NCBI GenBank assembly: GCA_026395685.1
Contig: JAPLYG010000009.1
Span: 81,519-145,518 of the forward strand
DNA length: 64,000 bases
Direction of reading: 5' to 3'
From: Candidatus Parcubacteria bacterium
GTDB taxonomy: Bacteria > Patescibacteriota > Patescibacteriia > CAIXNZ01
Part shown: piece by piece, positions 37,201 to 44,212 of the stretch
How the letters are laid out: each line of letters begins with the position of its first letter
How positions within the stretch are numbered: position 1 is the first letter of the stretch
The notes under the pieces: generated by a model
What the model was told of the DNA's origin: nothing
What the model saw: only the letters and a program-made list of their open reading frames with translations
The model's database searches: none
Made by a program: the position numbers and the translations under genes

Positions 37201-38372
37201 GAATTATTAGCTCTATAATTGCAAGTGGTGCTGTCAGGCTTACATGAATTGCCGCACATGCACCCAGATCCATCTATATAAGGCATGCAAGCTTCATCAG
37301 GTATCCCGAAGTCCTTAATAAATGTCAGAGCACCCCCAGACCATCCTCCGCAACAATTTCCGGCATTAGAACAATCAGAAACCAGATATTCTTCTGAAAG
37401 ATCCAAATCAAGGTCAGGATTATTGGCATCAATATTGGCAACTGCCTCCGTAGCACCCACAGTTCCAAATGCCCAGCAACTGCCACAACTCCCCTGATTT
37501 TTTACAGAAGTCATCCAATTGGCACCATTGTAATCTCTCCAGTCAAAGGATGTGGGAAGTGATCCTGAATCGCCTAAAGTGGTCATTTCCACAGTTTGTG
37601 CTTGTGCGGTGTGAGATAACAAAGCAGCCTGTATCTGCTTATCTATAGATTCTGTTTGCATAGACACTGATGGTTCTGTTTTAGATATATTGTTTACCTC
37701 CCCGCACGGTCCGCAATAGCCTCCCTGGTCAAGAAGAGCTTTGACTGCTTCTTCAGCGACACACAAAGTTTTTTCAGCGGCACTTCCAGGCTTGCTGCAG
37801 ACAAACGCCTTGCCTTTGCCGCAAGGAAATTTGCTGCAAGTCTTGTCCAAATTGCAGCTGGTCGCGGACTTTTTATATAAATCCATTAAATCAACGACTG
37901 ATCCGACTTCCTGACCTTTTTTATCCACGCAAACCGCGTATTCCCGGGAAAAAGGATTTTTGCCGTCAGTTTTTATTTTCAAGTCATAGCCTTTTTGGGC
38001 GCAGTATGAATGCTCTTTGCCGCAATATCCCTGGAGAAATTTCCATTCCTCGCATTCCACTTTGTCCGGAAAAATACAGACGCCATATTGGCCATTTTCA
38101 TTTTCCCTGATTTCATAGGAATAACCCAGTTCTTTGCAATGGACTGCCGCGGGATTGGCAAAGCCCCTGCCGATTCCATCAGCAGGAATTTCAGCAGGTT
38201 GAGTTGCGACCGGTTGAGGCTTGGTTGCGGTTTCAACTGTCTTTTTAGGCTTTTGCATTGCCGGAATAATAGCAAAAGCCAAAGCGCTTACTCCGAGCAA
38301 AACAGCTGTCGCAATTGCCAGCTGAATATCAATGCTTGATGTTGTTTTGGTATAAGTTTTCATAGAGATCAA
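34290..38372 (-). CDS. Surface papain-family (C1A) cysteine protease with DUF333, GLUG and Cys-rich modules
   Basis: TM anchor; ANPAAVHC...ECEEW (DUF333-like); LPTSFDWRD, NQGSCGSCWAF, NHAVVLVGY, KNSWG; GGIVG/GGLLG/GGLAG GLUG repeats. Confidence 0.88.
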   Translation of the reverse strand: MISMKTYTKTTSSIDIQLAIATAVLLGVSALAFAIIPAMQKPKKTVETATKPQPVATQPAEIPADGIGRGFANPAAVHCKELGYSYEIRENENGQYGVCIFPDKVECEEWKFLQGYCGKEHSYCAQKGYDLKIKTDGKNPFSREYAVCVDKKGQEVGSVVDLMDLYKKSATSCNLDKTCSKFPCGKGKAFVCSKPGSAAEKTLCVAEEAVKALLDQGGYCGPCGEVNNISKTEPSVSMQTESIDKQIQAALLSHTAQAQTVEMTTLGDSGSLPTSFDWRDYNGANWMTSVKNQGSCGSCWAFGTVGATEAVANIDANNPDLDLDLSEEYLVSDCSNAGNCCGGWSGGALTFIKDFGIPDEACMPYIDGSGCMCGNSCKPDSTTCNYRANNSCSDATCSDRCANWQSRVVKINQWLSLPPDSAIIKQYLINYGPLSVTFSWDLNGTFDSNGIFRCSFDPPMANHAVVLVGYNDEKGYWILKNSWGADAGSHDNGYLKIDYGSCGMEFGAIVVMKSKSITPQTISISDCEELQAINNFPIHNNYVLTNDIDCSDTVNWNNGAGFEPIGTEGTPFSGTFDGQNHIIKGLYVNRPDSNFKKPIGLFGKTSAYGLGGRVIIKNVGLEDVDITGDTYAGGIVGKNDADISNSYATGDVNCNQYCGGLLGENQYEGQISNSYSRVFVKSTSLTPTIGGLAGMNFGLISNSYVAGKIEATPDWFNVAGVVAGGLPESCQNSFWDTEISGISRDICPSGTTGKTTAEMKSIETFTSLATAGLTTPWDFVSNPYDDNANENIWDIRDSINNGYPYFSQGDLKCGDSNCDGVPGGLCGCPAICYQSADLKLTGNDGREYQVVAAGILENDPLTVNVPTDSDGGAVSNHRGTLNMAVDGCGKMDQTDSCIGNILTEGALGSSLLNKANIGQIIRLMISLQTAYKADTPLRSELIQSKCLDENNCDFFRDHVGLLLGIATKSDKIINKTAPDLGICELGRAVWLNDCKSNADCRPIGDQLICKLDPEGNMREYTRTITQSICQSKKCAETSIDSMGQICRECSDVSTHKCSQTQGASCGDLYDGEEWNGDSSYTQTWNGSEWLPVYVKNYNATTAGSCNFKCKMNYEYNASAKKCEALTRTISCGALNTGQQWNGESSYTQAWSGTKWQPVYVKNYNLSMGTCNFLCAPGYGMNTVSGQCQCSRTATAVTLNPAISETGNRLIRSKDSSSIIIGRTAAQIVADCNQNTVLTQLALKLNGTLIGSEPGQIGDNTVEVKIYKDSVAPENLMGTGYFPNVTYGGSDFSYINLTANNGLTVGSPLNILVVADVRDTDFLSPCCARTLRTYIYSWGASNGQENRGYTGEYLIGNLTFR

Positions 38373-38438
38373 TTATATTGTTATTGGTTTAATTATAGCA
38401 CAAAAGGCGACCTTATACCTCACTTCGGGGGGGACAAG

Positions 38439-38476
38439 ACGGGGCTCCGCTCCGAAGCTTCGGTGCGGAGCCCCGT
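38439..38476. repeat. 38-nt near-perfect palindrome
   Basis: ACGGGGCTCCGC-T-CCGAAGCTTCGG-T-GCGGAGCCCCGT. Confidence 0.8.
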
Positions 38477-38773
38477 TCCCACCACTATATTAAAAAAATC
38501 CCTTTATTTCGACGGAATAACACCCAATCAACAATTATCAATCATCAAACAATAACTAAATTATAATACCGAATCATATAAACAAATTAGAATTTAGCAT
38601 TTTGATATTTGAATTTGTTTGATGATTGTAGTTTGATTATTGATTATTTAAAAAATAAAATTACACAACCTCATACAACTTCATAAAACATCATATAACC
38701 TCATACAACTTTTCAAATAAAAAAGGCGGACAAAACTAGTTTGTCCGTCCGACCCCTCCTGTTAAGGTATCCC

Positions 38774-39232
38774 CTAGTCAAACATTCTGGCCACGGGTTT
38801 TTTCTTTTCTCTGCTTTTTCTACGTTCCTGAAGTTCAGCCAGACAATGATTGCATAGCTGACCTATCGCGCTGGCCTCGAGTTGATTGATCCCGACTCGG
38901 CCGTCACAATCTTCATTATCCAAATGAAACTCATCCGGACCAATACATTGATTAAAGGTTCCTTCTATGATGCGACTAATAGCCGCATTGACCTTGCCAA
39001 GCTCTCTGCCATTCCAATTGCGGGTACGTACCTCCTCCTCCAAAAACCTGTTGCTATCGGCCTGATCGCAAAGTTCACTATGGCATCCGGCACTTTGCAT
39101 TGGCGCTGACAAAGAGGCTTCCAACTTTTCTTTTTTCTCCTTTAAAATCCGCCAGAACTTCTCAACTTCACGTTTTCTTAGACCGTTTTGAGCTTTAACG
39201 CAAATACCGCCTGTCTTTCCAGCTTCAGCCAT
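38774..39232 (-). CDS. DksA/TraR-like C4 zinc-finger protein
   Basis: Coiled coil with ELCDQA, then KVNAAISRIIEGTFNQC...C...LCNHC; GGGAGG RBS; terminator hairpin near 38718-38750. Confidence 0.75.
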   Translation of the reverse strand: MAEAGKTGGICVKAQNGLRKREVEKFWRILKEKKEKLEASLSAPMQSAGCHSELCDQADSNRFLEEEVRTRNWNGRELGKVNAAISRIIEGTFNQCIGPDEFHLDNEDCDGRVGINQLEASAIGQLCNHCLAELQERRKSREKKKPVARMFD

Positions 39233-39278
39233 GATCTTCCTCCCTTGTCTTGATTAAAAAAAATGGAATCACCTTTTT

Positions 39279-39307
39279 ATGCTATACGAAAACCTAATAA
39301 ATGTCAA
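39279..39307 (-). promoter_or_regulatory. Sigma70-type promoter
   Basis: TTGACA-N17-TAGCAT. Confidence 0.65.
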
Positions 39308-39316
39308 TGGTCTTTT

Positions 39317-41383
39317 TTATTCCAGATGATTGATCATTTTGCTTTGTTCAATTTTATTTTTTAATAGAGGAAAATCAGCAAGGCTATAATGCTCAAAGAA
39401 ATTATGCGCTTCAGCTTTAGCCAGATTTATAAGCTCCAAATCATTAAAACTGGCAATGTTTAATTCCGGCAAACCCGACTGTCTGGTGCCAAAAACCTCG
39501 CCTGGACCGCGGAATTTCAGGTCATATTCAGCTAAGGCAAAGCCGTCGCTTGATTTTACCAGGGCGCTTAATCTTTCTCTCGTTTTTTGACTAAAATTTT
39601 CAGAAAATAAAAAACAATATGACTGATACTCTCCCCTGCCTACCCGGCCGCGAAACTGATGGAGCTGGGCTAAACCAAAACGGTCGGCTCCTTCAATCAT
39701 CATTATACTGGCATTAGGCACATCAATACCGACTTCCACCACTGAAGTTGAAACCAAAATATTAATTTCATTATTTTTAAAATCATTCATTACCTTTTCC
39801 TTCTCGGCTGATTTTAATTTGCCGTGCAATAAGCCGATCCTAAAATCTGGGAAAACATGTTCCGCAAGTTTTTTGAATTCAGCCGTAACTGATTTGACGC
39901 CTAATTTGTCAGATTCATCAATCAGAGGACAAATAACAAAAACCTGACGGCCTTGATTTATTTCCTGCCTGATAAACTGATATGCCTGCTGACGATTGGC
40001 TTCTTCAATTAATTTAGTAATAATTCTTTTACGGCCCTTGGGCATTTCTTTGATCAGAGACAAATCCAAATCCCCATATAAAACTAAAGCCAAAGAACGC
40101 GGAATTGGCGTAGCTGTCATGGAAATAAAATGCGGCGTTAAACCGTTTCTATTTTTATCTTTCAGCTTTTTCCTTTGTTCCACGCCAAAGCGATGCTGTT
40201 CATCCACGATTACCAGCCCCAAATTTTGGTAATCCACCTCATCCTGAATTAAGGCATGGGTGCCAATAATGATATTGATTTCCCCTGTTTTTATTAATTT
40301 TAATACATCCTGCTTCTTCATTTTATCCTGTCCAAAAATGTTTTTTTCATTGCCGGTCAAAAGAGCAATTTTAAAGCCAAAAGGTTTTAGGAAAGAAGAT
40401 ATTGATTTAAAATGCTGGACAGCCAAAATTTCAGTCGGCGCCATTAATACGCCCTGATAATTATTTAGCGCCGTATTTAATAACGCAATTAAGGCGACCA
40501 TGGTTTTACCAGAGCCGACATCTCCTTCAATCAGCCTGTTGGCCGGAGAAGATTTCTCCAGGTCCAAAAGTATTTGCCAGCTGGCTTTTTTTTGATCATT
40601 GGTCAGAGTAAACGGCAAAGAGCTGACAAAACTTTTAATTTCTTTCTCTTTAAATTGAATCTGGGGAGCTTTTGCCTGAGCTAAAAATTGGCGTAAAATC
40701 TGACTGCTAACTTGAATCAAAAAAAGTTCGTCAAATTTTAAACGCCTGCGGGCTAAAGCCATCTGTTCTTGATTATTGGGAAAATGTATCTGGCTTAAAG
40801 CCTGGGGCAAGGGCATTAAATTATTTTTTTCCCTTATTTCAGGAGGCATCCAATCTTCCACTAAATTAACTGAGCGTAAAGCCTGACTCAGCAAAAAACG
40901 GATTTGCTTTTGCGTCAAATTTGCAGTCAGCGAATAAATCGGCACGATTTTGGCAGTATTAAGGCTGTCAAATTGCGTCGACCGTTCATAAGCAGGCGAA
41001 ACAAACTGTAAAGTGAGTCGCTCAATTTCAGGAGTACCGGAAATAAAAATATCATCACCCGGCTTCAAATTTTTAGTTAAAAAAGGCTGGTTAAACCAAA
41101 TTACCTTAATTGAGCCGGTATCATCTTCGATTAGCGCTTCGGTAATTGTCATGCGGCGGCGATGAGCGCGACGATTTTCAATCAAAACAATTTTCCCTTT
41201 AATCGTCACTGCCTCTCCAGGCTTTAAATCCCTGATATTTACTATTTTGCTATAATCTTCATAGCGGAATGGGAAATTATAGAGCAAATCAAAAACAGTT
41301 GCGATCCCCAGATTTTTAAGGCGCGATGCAGTTGTCTTGCCCACTCGGGTCAAAAGTTCAATCGGTGTATTTAATGAAAACAT
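39317..41383 (-). CDS. recG: ATP-dependent DNA helicase RecG
   Basis: GDVGSGKT, DEQHRFGV, MTATPIPRSL, QLHQFRGRVGR and RGPGE motifs. Confidence 0.97.
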   Translation of the reverse strand: MFSLNTPIELLTRVGKTTASRLKNLGIATVFDLLYNFPFRYEDYSKIVNIRDLKPGEAVTIKGKIVLIENRRAHRRRMTITEALIEDDTGSIKVIWFNQPFLTKNLKPGDDIFISGTPEIERLTLQFVSPAYERSTQFDSLNTAKIVPIYSLTANLTQKQIRFLLSQALRSVNLVEDWMPPEIREKNNLMPLPQALSQIHFPNNQEQMALARRRLKFDELFLIQVSSQILRQFLAQAKAPQIQFKEKEIKSFVSSLPFTLTNDQKKASWQILLDLEKSSPANRLIEGDVGSGKTMVALIALLNTALNNYQGVLMAPTEILAVQHFKSISSFLKPFGFKIALLTGNEKNIFGQDKMKKQDVLKLIKTGEINIIIGTHALIQDEVDYQNLGLVIVDEQHRFGVEQRKKLKDKNRNGLTPHFISMTATPIPRSLALVLYGDLDLSLIKEMPKGRKRIITKLIEEANRQQAYQFIRQEINQGRQVFVICPLIDESDKLGVKSVTAEFKKLAEHVFPDFRIGLLHGKLKSAEKEKVMNDFKNNEINILVSTSVVEVGIDVPNASIMMIEGADRFGLAQLHQFRGRVGRGEYQSYCFLFSENFSQKTRERLSALVKSSDGFALAEYDLKFRGPGEVFGTRQSGLPELNIASFNDLELINLAKAEAHNFFEHYSLADFPLLKNKIEQSKMINHLE

Positions 41384-41531
41384 TATGATAAATTATTGAT
41401 TTTATTGATAATATGTATTAATAATAGCCTATTAACCCAAACTTTTCAACAAAATAAAAAGACAGAAATCCCTAAATTTCCGTCTTTCTCACATAACTTT
41501 AAACTTTGCACTTTAAACTTTACACTTCAAG

Positions 41532-41603
41532 TGCCCCCGCTAGGAATCGAACCTAGATCACAAGATCCGCAATCTTGTGTTCTATCCATTGAACTACGAG
41601 GAC
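41532..41603 (-). tRNA. tRNA-Arg(GCG)
   Basis: GTCCTCGTAGTTCAATGGATAGAACACAAGATTGCGGATCTTGTGATCTAGGTTCGATTCCTAGCGGGGGCA folds as a cloverleaf; anticodon arm CAAGA-TTGCGGA-TCTTG; CCA not encoded. Confidence 0.92.
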
Positions 41604-41609
41604 TTATTT

Positions 41610-41674
41610 AATTTGTGTGTACTCCATTGCCCGCCAGGGGCGGGCAGGCTGCCTTTGGCGGAAACTACGAGGAC
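41610..41674 (-). pseudogene. Duplicated 5' half of tRNA-Arg interrupted by a palindromic insert
   Basis: GTCCTCGTAGTT[TCCGCCAAAGGCAGCCTGCCCGCCCCTGGCGGG]CAATGGAGTACACACAAATT. Confidence 0.7.
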
Positions 41675-41858
41675 CTACTAAGTTGAAAATTCAAAGTGCA
41701 AAGTTTAAAGTTACAGTTAGTAGTTTAAATTTTTGGAATATATTTTTATTTTACGATACCCAATTAGCGTAACGAATATCCAGACCGAATAACGAAAAAC
41801 TATTTTAAAAGGGAGACAAAAATATCTCCCTCTCAAGTATAGAATATTTCTAAAAATT

Positions 41859-42365
41859 TTACAACTTTAATAAGGTCTCCAAAATATCACTTATTGTCTG
41901 GTGTTGTTTATTTAAATCCTCATCCAAATATTCCAATAATTTTTCTCTGATCGGTAAAGGATTATTATTATCTAACGGGATGGACAAATCATCGGGAGAT
42001 AGTCCTTTTAATTTAAAATATATCTTTTTAACGGGCGGGCTGTAAAGAATATAAAAACCGGAAAATTTATCATACTCAAAGAACTGGCCGCCAAGCACGA
42101 TCCCATCCTCGGTAATCTGGAAAATGATATCTTTGGGCGGCTCGTATTTCCTTAAAAAAACAATAAACGTAGCCAAAATAACTATCAGCGCAAAGAAATA
42201 ATTCGTAATCACAATACAGTAAACAACAACGATCACGGCTAAAATAATCATAATTAAGTACCAAAGATTGCTCCTTTGATGCTCGGTAAATTCAGGAATT
42301 TTCCAGCGGAAAAAGACTTTCCCGTAATTATTTTCTTGATTTTGATTTTCTGAGTTTGTTGCCAT
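41859..42365 (-). CDS. Conserved hypothetical membrane protein
   Basis: WKIPEFTEHQRSNLWY, two TM helices, then a PH-like FQITEDGIVLGGQFFEYDKF segment. Confidence 0.75.
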   Translation of the reverse strand: MATNSENQNQENNYGKVFFRWKIPEFTEHQRSNLWYLIMIILAVIVVVYCIVITNYFFALIVILATFIVFLRKYEPPKDIIFQITEDGIVLGGQFFEYDKFSGFYILYSPPVKKIYFKLKGLSPDDLSIPLDNNNPLPIREKLLEYLDEDLNKQHQTISDILETLLKL

Positions 42366-42419
42366 ATATAAGCATTATACAATTATTTCATTAGATAAAC
42401 AAACAAATGTCCCTAAAGT

Positions 42420-42448
42420 TTGACTAATTGCAGAAAATAAGCTAAAAT
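42420..42448 (+). promoter_or_regulatory. Promoter of the tRNA-Ser pair
   Basis: TTGACT-N17-TAAAAT about 20 nt upstream of the tRNA. Confidence 0.65.
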
Positions 42449-42469
42449 ACTATACATAATAGGGCTTTT

Positions 42470-42561
42470 GGAGAGGTACCCAAGAGGCTGAAGGGGCGGG
42501 TTTGCTAAACCTGTAGGTCGGAGTTTTTTCCGGCGCGGGAGTTCGAATCTCCCCCTCTCCG
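42470..42561 (+). tRNA. tRNA-Ser(GCT)
   Basis: GGAGAGG/CCTCTCC acceptor stem, anticodon loop TTGCTAA, long variable arm, GTTCGAATC T-loop. Confidence 0.93.
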
Positions 42562-42661
42562 CCCAGATACAAGTTTATGAGGCAATGTGTTTGAACGGTG
42601 GAAGTTGCATCAATCTATTTTAACCGTTAATTGGTTCTATTTCATAAACTTGTATCTGGGC
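42561..42661. repeat. 101-nt element with perfect 20-bp terminal inverted repeats
   Basis: GCCCAGATACAAGTTTATGA ... TCATAAACTTGTATCTGGGC. Confidence 0.85.
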
Positions 42662-42714
42662 TCCGTTTGTCCCCCTGTTTTATACAACTAAACGAAAACG
42701 AATAACGACATTCA

Positions 42715-42801
42715 GGAAGGGTGGCAGAGCGGTTGAATGTACCGGTCTTGAAAACCGGAGTCCCGTTTACGGGACCGTGGGTTCAAATCCCACCCCTTCC
42801 G
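42715..42801 (+). tRNA. tRNA-Ser(TGA)
   Basis: GGAAGGG/CCCTTCC acceptor stem, CCGGT-CTTGAAA-ACCGG anticodon arm, long variable arm. Confidence 0.93.
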
Positions 42802-42809
42802 CACATTAA

Positions 42810-43547
42810 TCAATCTTCACGCTGGGCAATAACTAAACCATAAATCTCGGTAAAACCCGCCTGATACAATGCTTGAGCGCACTCCTTCAATGTACTGCCG
42901 GTAGTAATGACGTCATCTATTAAGATGGCTTTTTTAGTATTATCAAAATTCGATTTTAGGCAAAAAGCTTCCTTAACATTCTGCTGTCTTTCGCTTCTTT
43001 TCAAATTTATCTGGGTCTGAGTGTTCTTTATTCTTTCAATTATATTGGAAACTTCAATTCCGGTAGCTTCTTTTAGCTGAAGGGCAATCAATTCACTCTG
43101 ATTAAATCCCCGGAGTAACAAACGTTTTTTATGAAGCGGAACCGGGATAAAAATTGCCTTAGTTTTTTCTAAAGAAAACTCGGTCAATATGTTATTTAAA
43201 TTTAAATATTTAAGTAGAATTTCCCTTAAGATGGCGCTAATTTCTTCGATATAACCGTATTTTAGCTGATGTATCAGCTCCTGGATAACCTTTTGATTAT
43301 AATCAGTTGCCACCCAGATAGCTGCGATTTTTGTTTCAGCTGCACAACTTTCACAAATTTTTCCCCAAGGACTGGGCTTTTTGCAAAGTGCACAATAAAA
43401 TTCTTTGATCAGCTCTATTTGAGAAAGACACTGCTGACATAAATAATCCCCCTCTTTAGCGCAGCCGATACACTCTTTGGGAAAAATTAAATCCAACACA
43501 AATTCCTTAAACTTCTTTAACTCATTTTTAAAATTTTTCATGTACAA
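42810..43547 (-). CDS. comF: ComF family competence protein (zinc ribbon plus PRTase)
   Basis: LIFPKECIGC, PVPLH...RGFNQS and LIDDVITTGSTL motifs. Confidence 0.93.
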   Translation of the reverse strand: MYMKNFKNELKKFKEFVLDLIFPKECIGCAKEGDYLCQQCLSQIELIKEFYCALCKKPSPWGKICESCAAETKIAAIWVATDYNQKVIQELIHQLKYGYIEEISAILREILLKYLNLNNILTEFSLEKTKAIFIPVPLHKKRLLLRGFNQSELIALQLKEATGIEVSNIIERIKNTQTQINLKRSERQQNVKEAFCLKSNFDNTKKAILIDDVITTGSTLKECAQALYQAGFTEIYGLVIAQRED

Positions 43548-43565
43548 ATTACTAATAACTTTTTT

Positions 43566-44189
43566 CTATTGCCAATATGCTCCACTTACCTTCCAGACAT
43601 CGTTTTCTTTAACTAAATTCAAAAGTAATTCCTGAGTAAAGGTATTGGATGTCACACTGTCTTTTTTAAATTCCTCGCGCTGGGTAGAAACGCGGACTTC
43701 GGCTGTATTTTTTTCTTCATCAAAAGCCGAGATATTAATATTCAATACTTTTGTCTCAACAGCATAATATTCCGAGGTCGGATGCTTAGAGGAAATTTCA
43801 TTTGTATATGTTTCCAAAACCCACTCTTTCATTTTGGCTGTCATATAATCCTTTATATTGTCAAAATTAACAAAACCCAGCTGATTATTATAACTGCCGT
43901 AATTTTGGGCAAAAACATTTACCAAAGAGGTGATACTTTCCTTATCACCCTTTTTAACATTTTCAGCCTCGGGAATAATATTAGCTGTACCATTTGTAGG
44001 ACTGCCGTTATTATTATTTACTGAATTCCCGTTGGTATTGCCAGTTACCTGCTGATTTATAATATTGGCATTTTCATTTGTCACTAGAGGCTTTTTATTA
44101 ACCATCATCAGCGCCAAATAACCGCCAATAACCAAAATCATTATGATTAAAATGATAATTAGTAATAGAACAATTTTTTTACTCATCAT
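43566..44189 (-). CDS. Bitopic protein with NTF2-like domain (VirB8/TcpC-like by context)
   Basis: TM helix, Asn-rich linker, FAQNYGSY...LNLVKENDVWKVSGAYWQ; directly downstream of the VirB4-like gene. Confidence 0.6.
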   Translation of the reverse strand: MMSKKIVLLLIIILIIMILVIGGYLALMMVNKKPLVTNENANIINQQVTGNTNGNSVNNNNGSPTNGTANIIPEAENVKKGDKESITSLVNVFAQNYGSYNNQLGFVNFDNIKDYMTAKMKEWVLETYTNEISSKHPTSEYYAVETKVLNINISAFDEEKNTAEVRVSTQREEFKKDSVTSNTFTQELLLNLVKENDVWKVSGAYWQ

Positions 44190-44212
44190 AAATTTATTTA
44201 AATATTATTTAA

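Noticed and set aside
42561-42661. Integron attC site interpretation of the tRNA-adjacent hairpin
   Set aside because: It lacks RYYYAAC/GTTRRRY ends and extrahelical bases, and no integron integrase is present.
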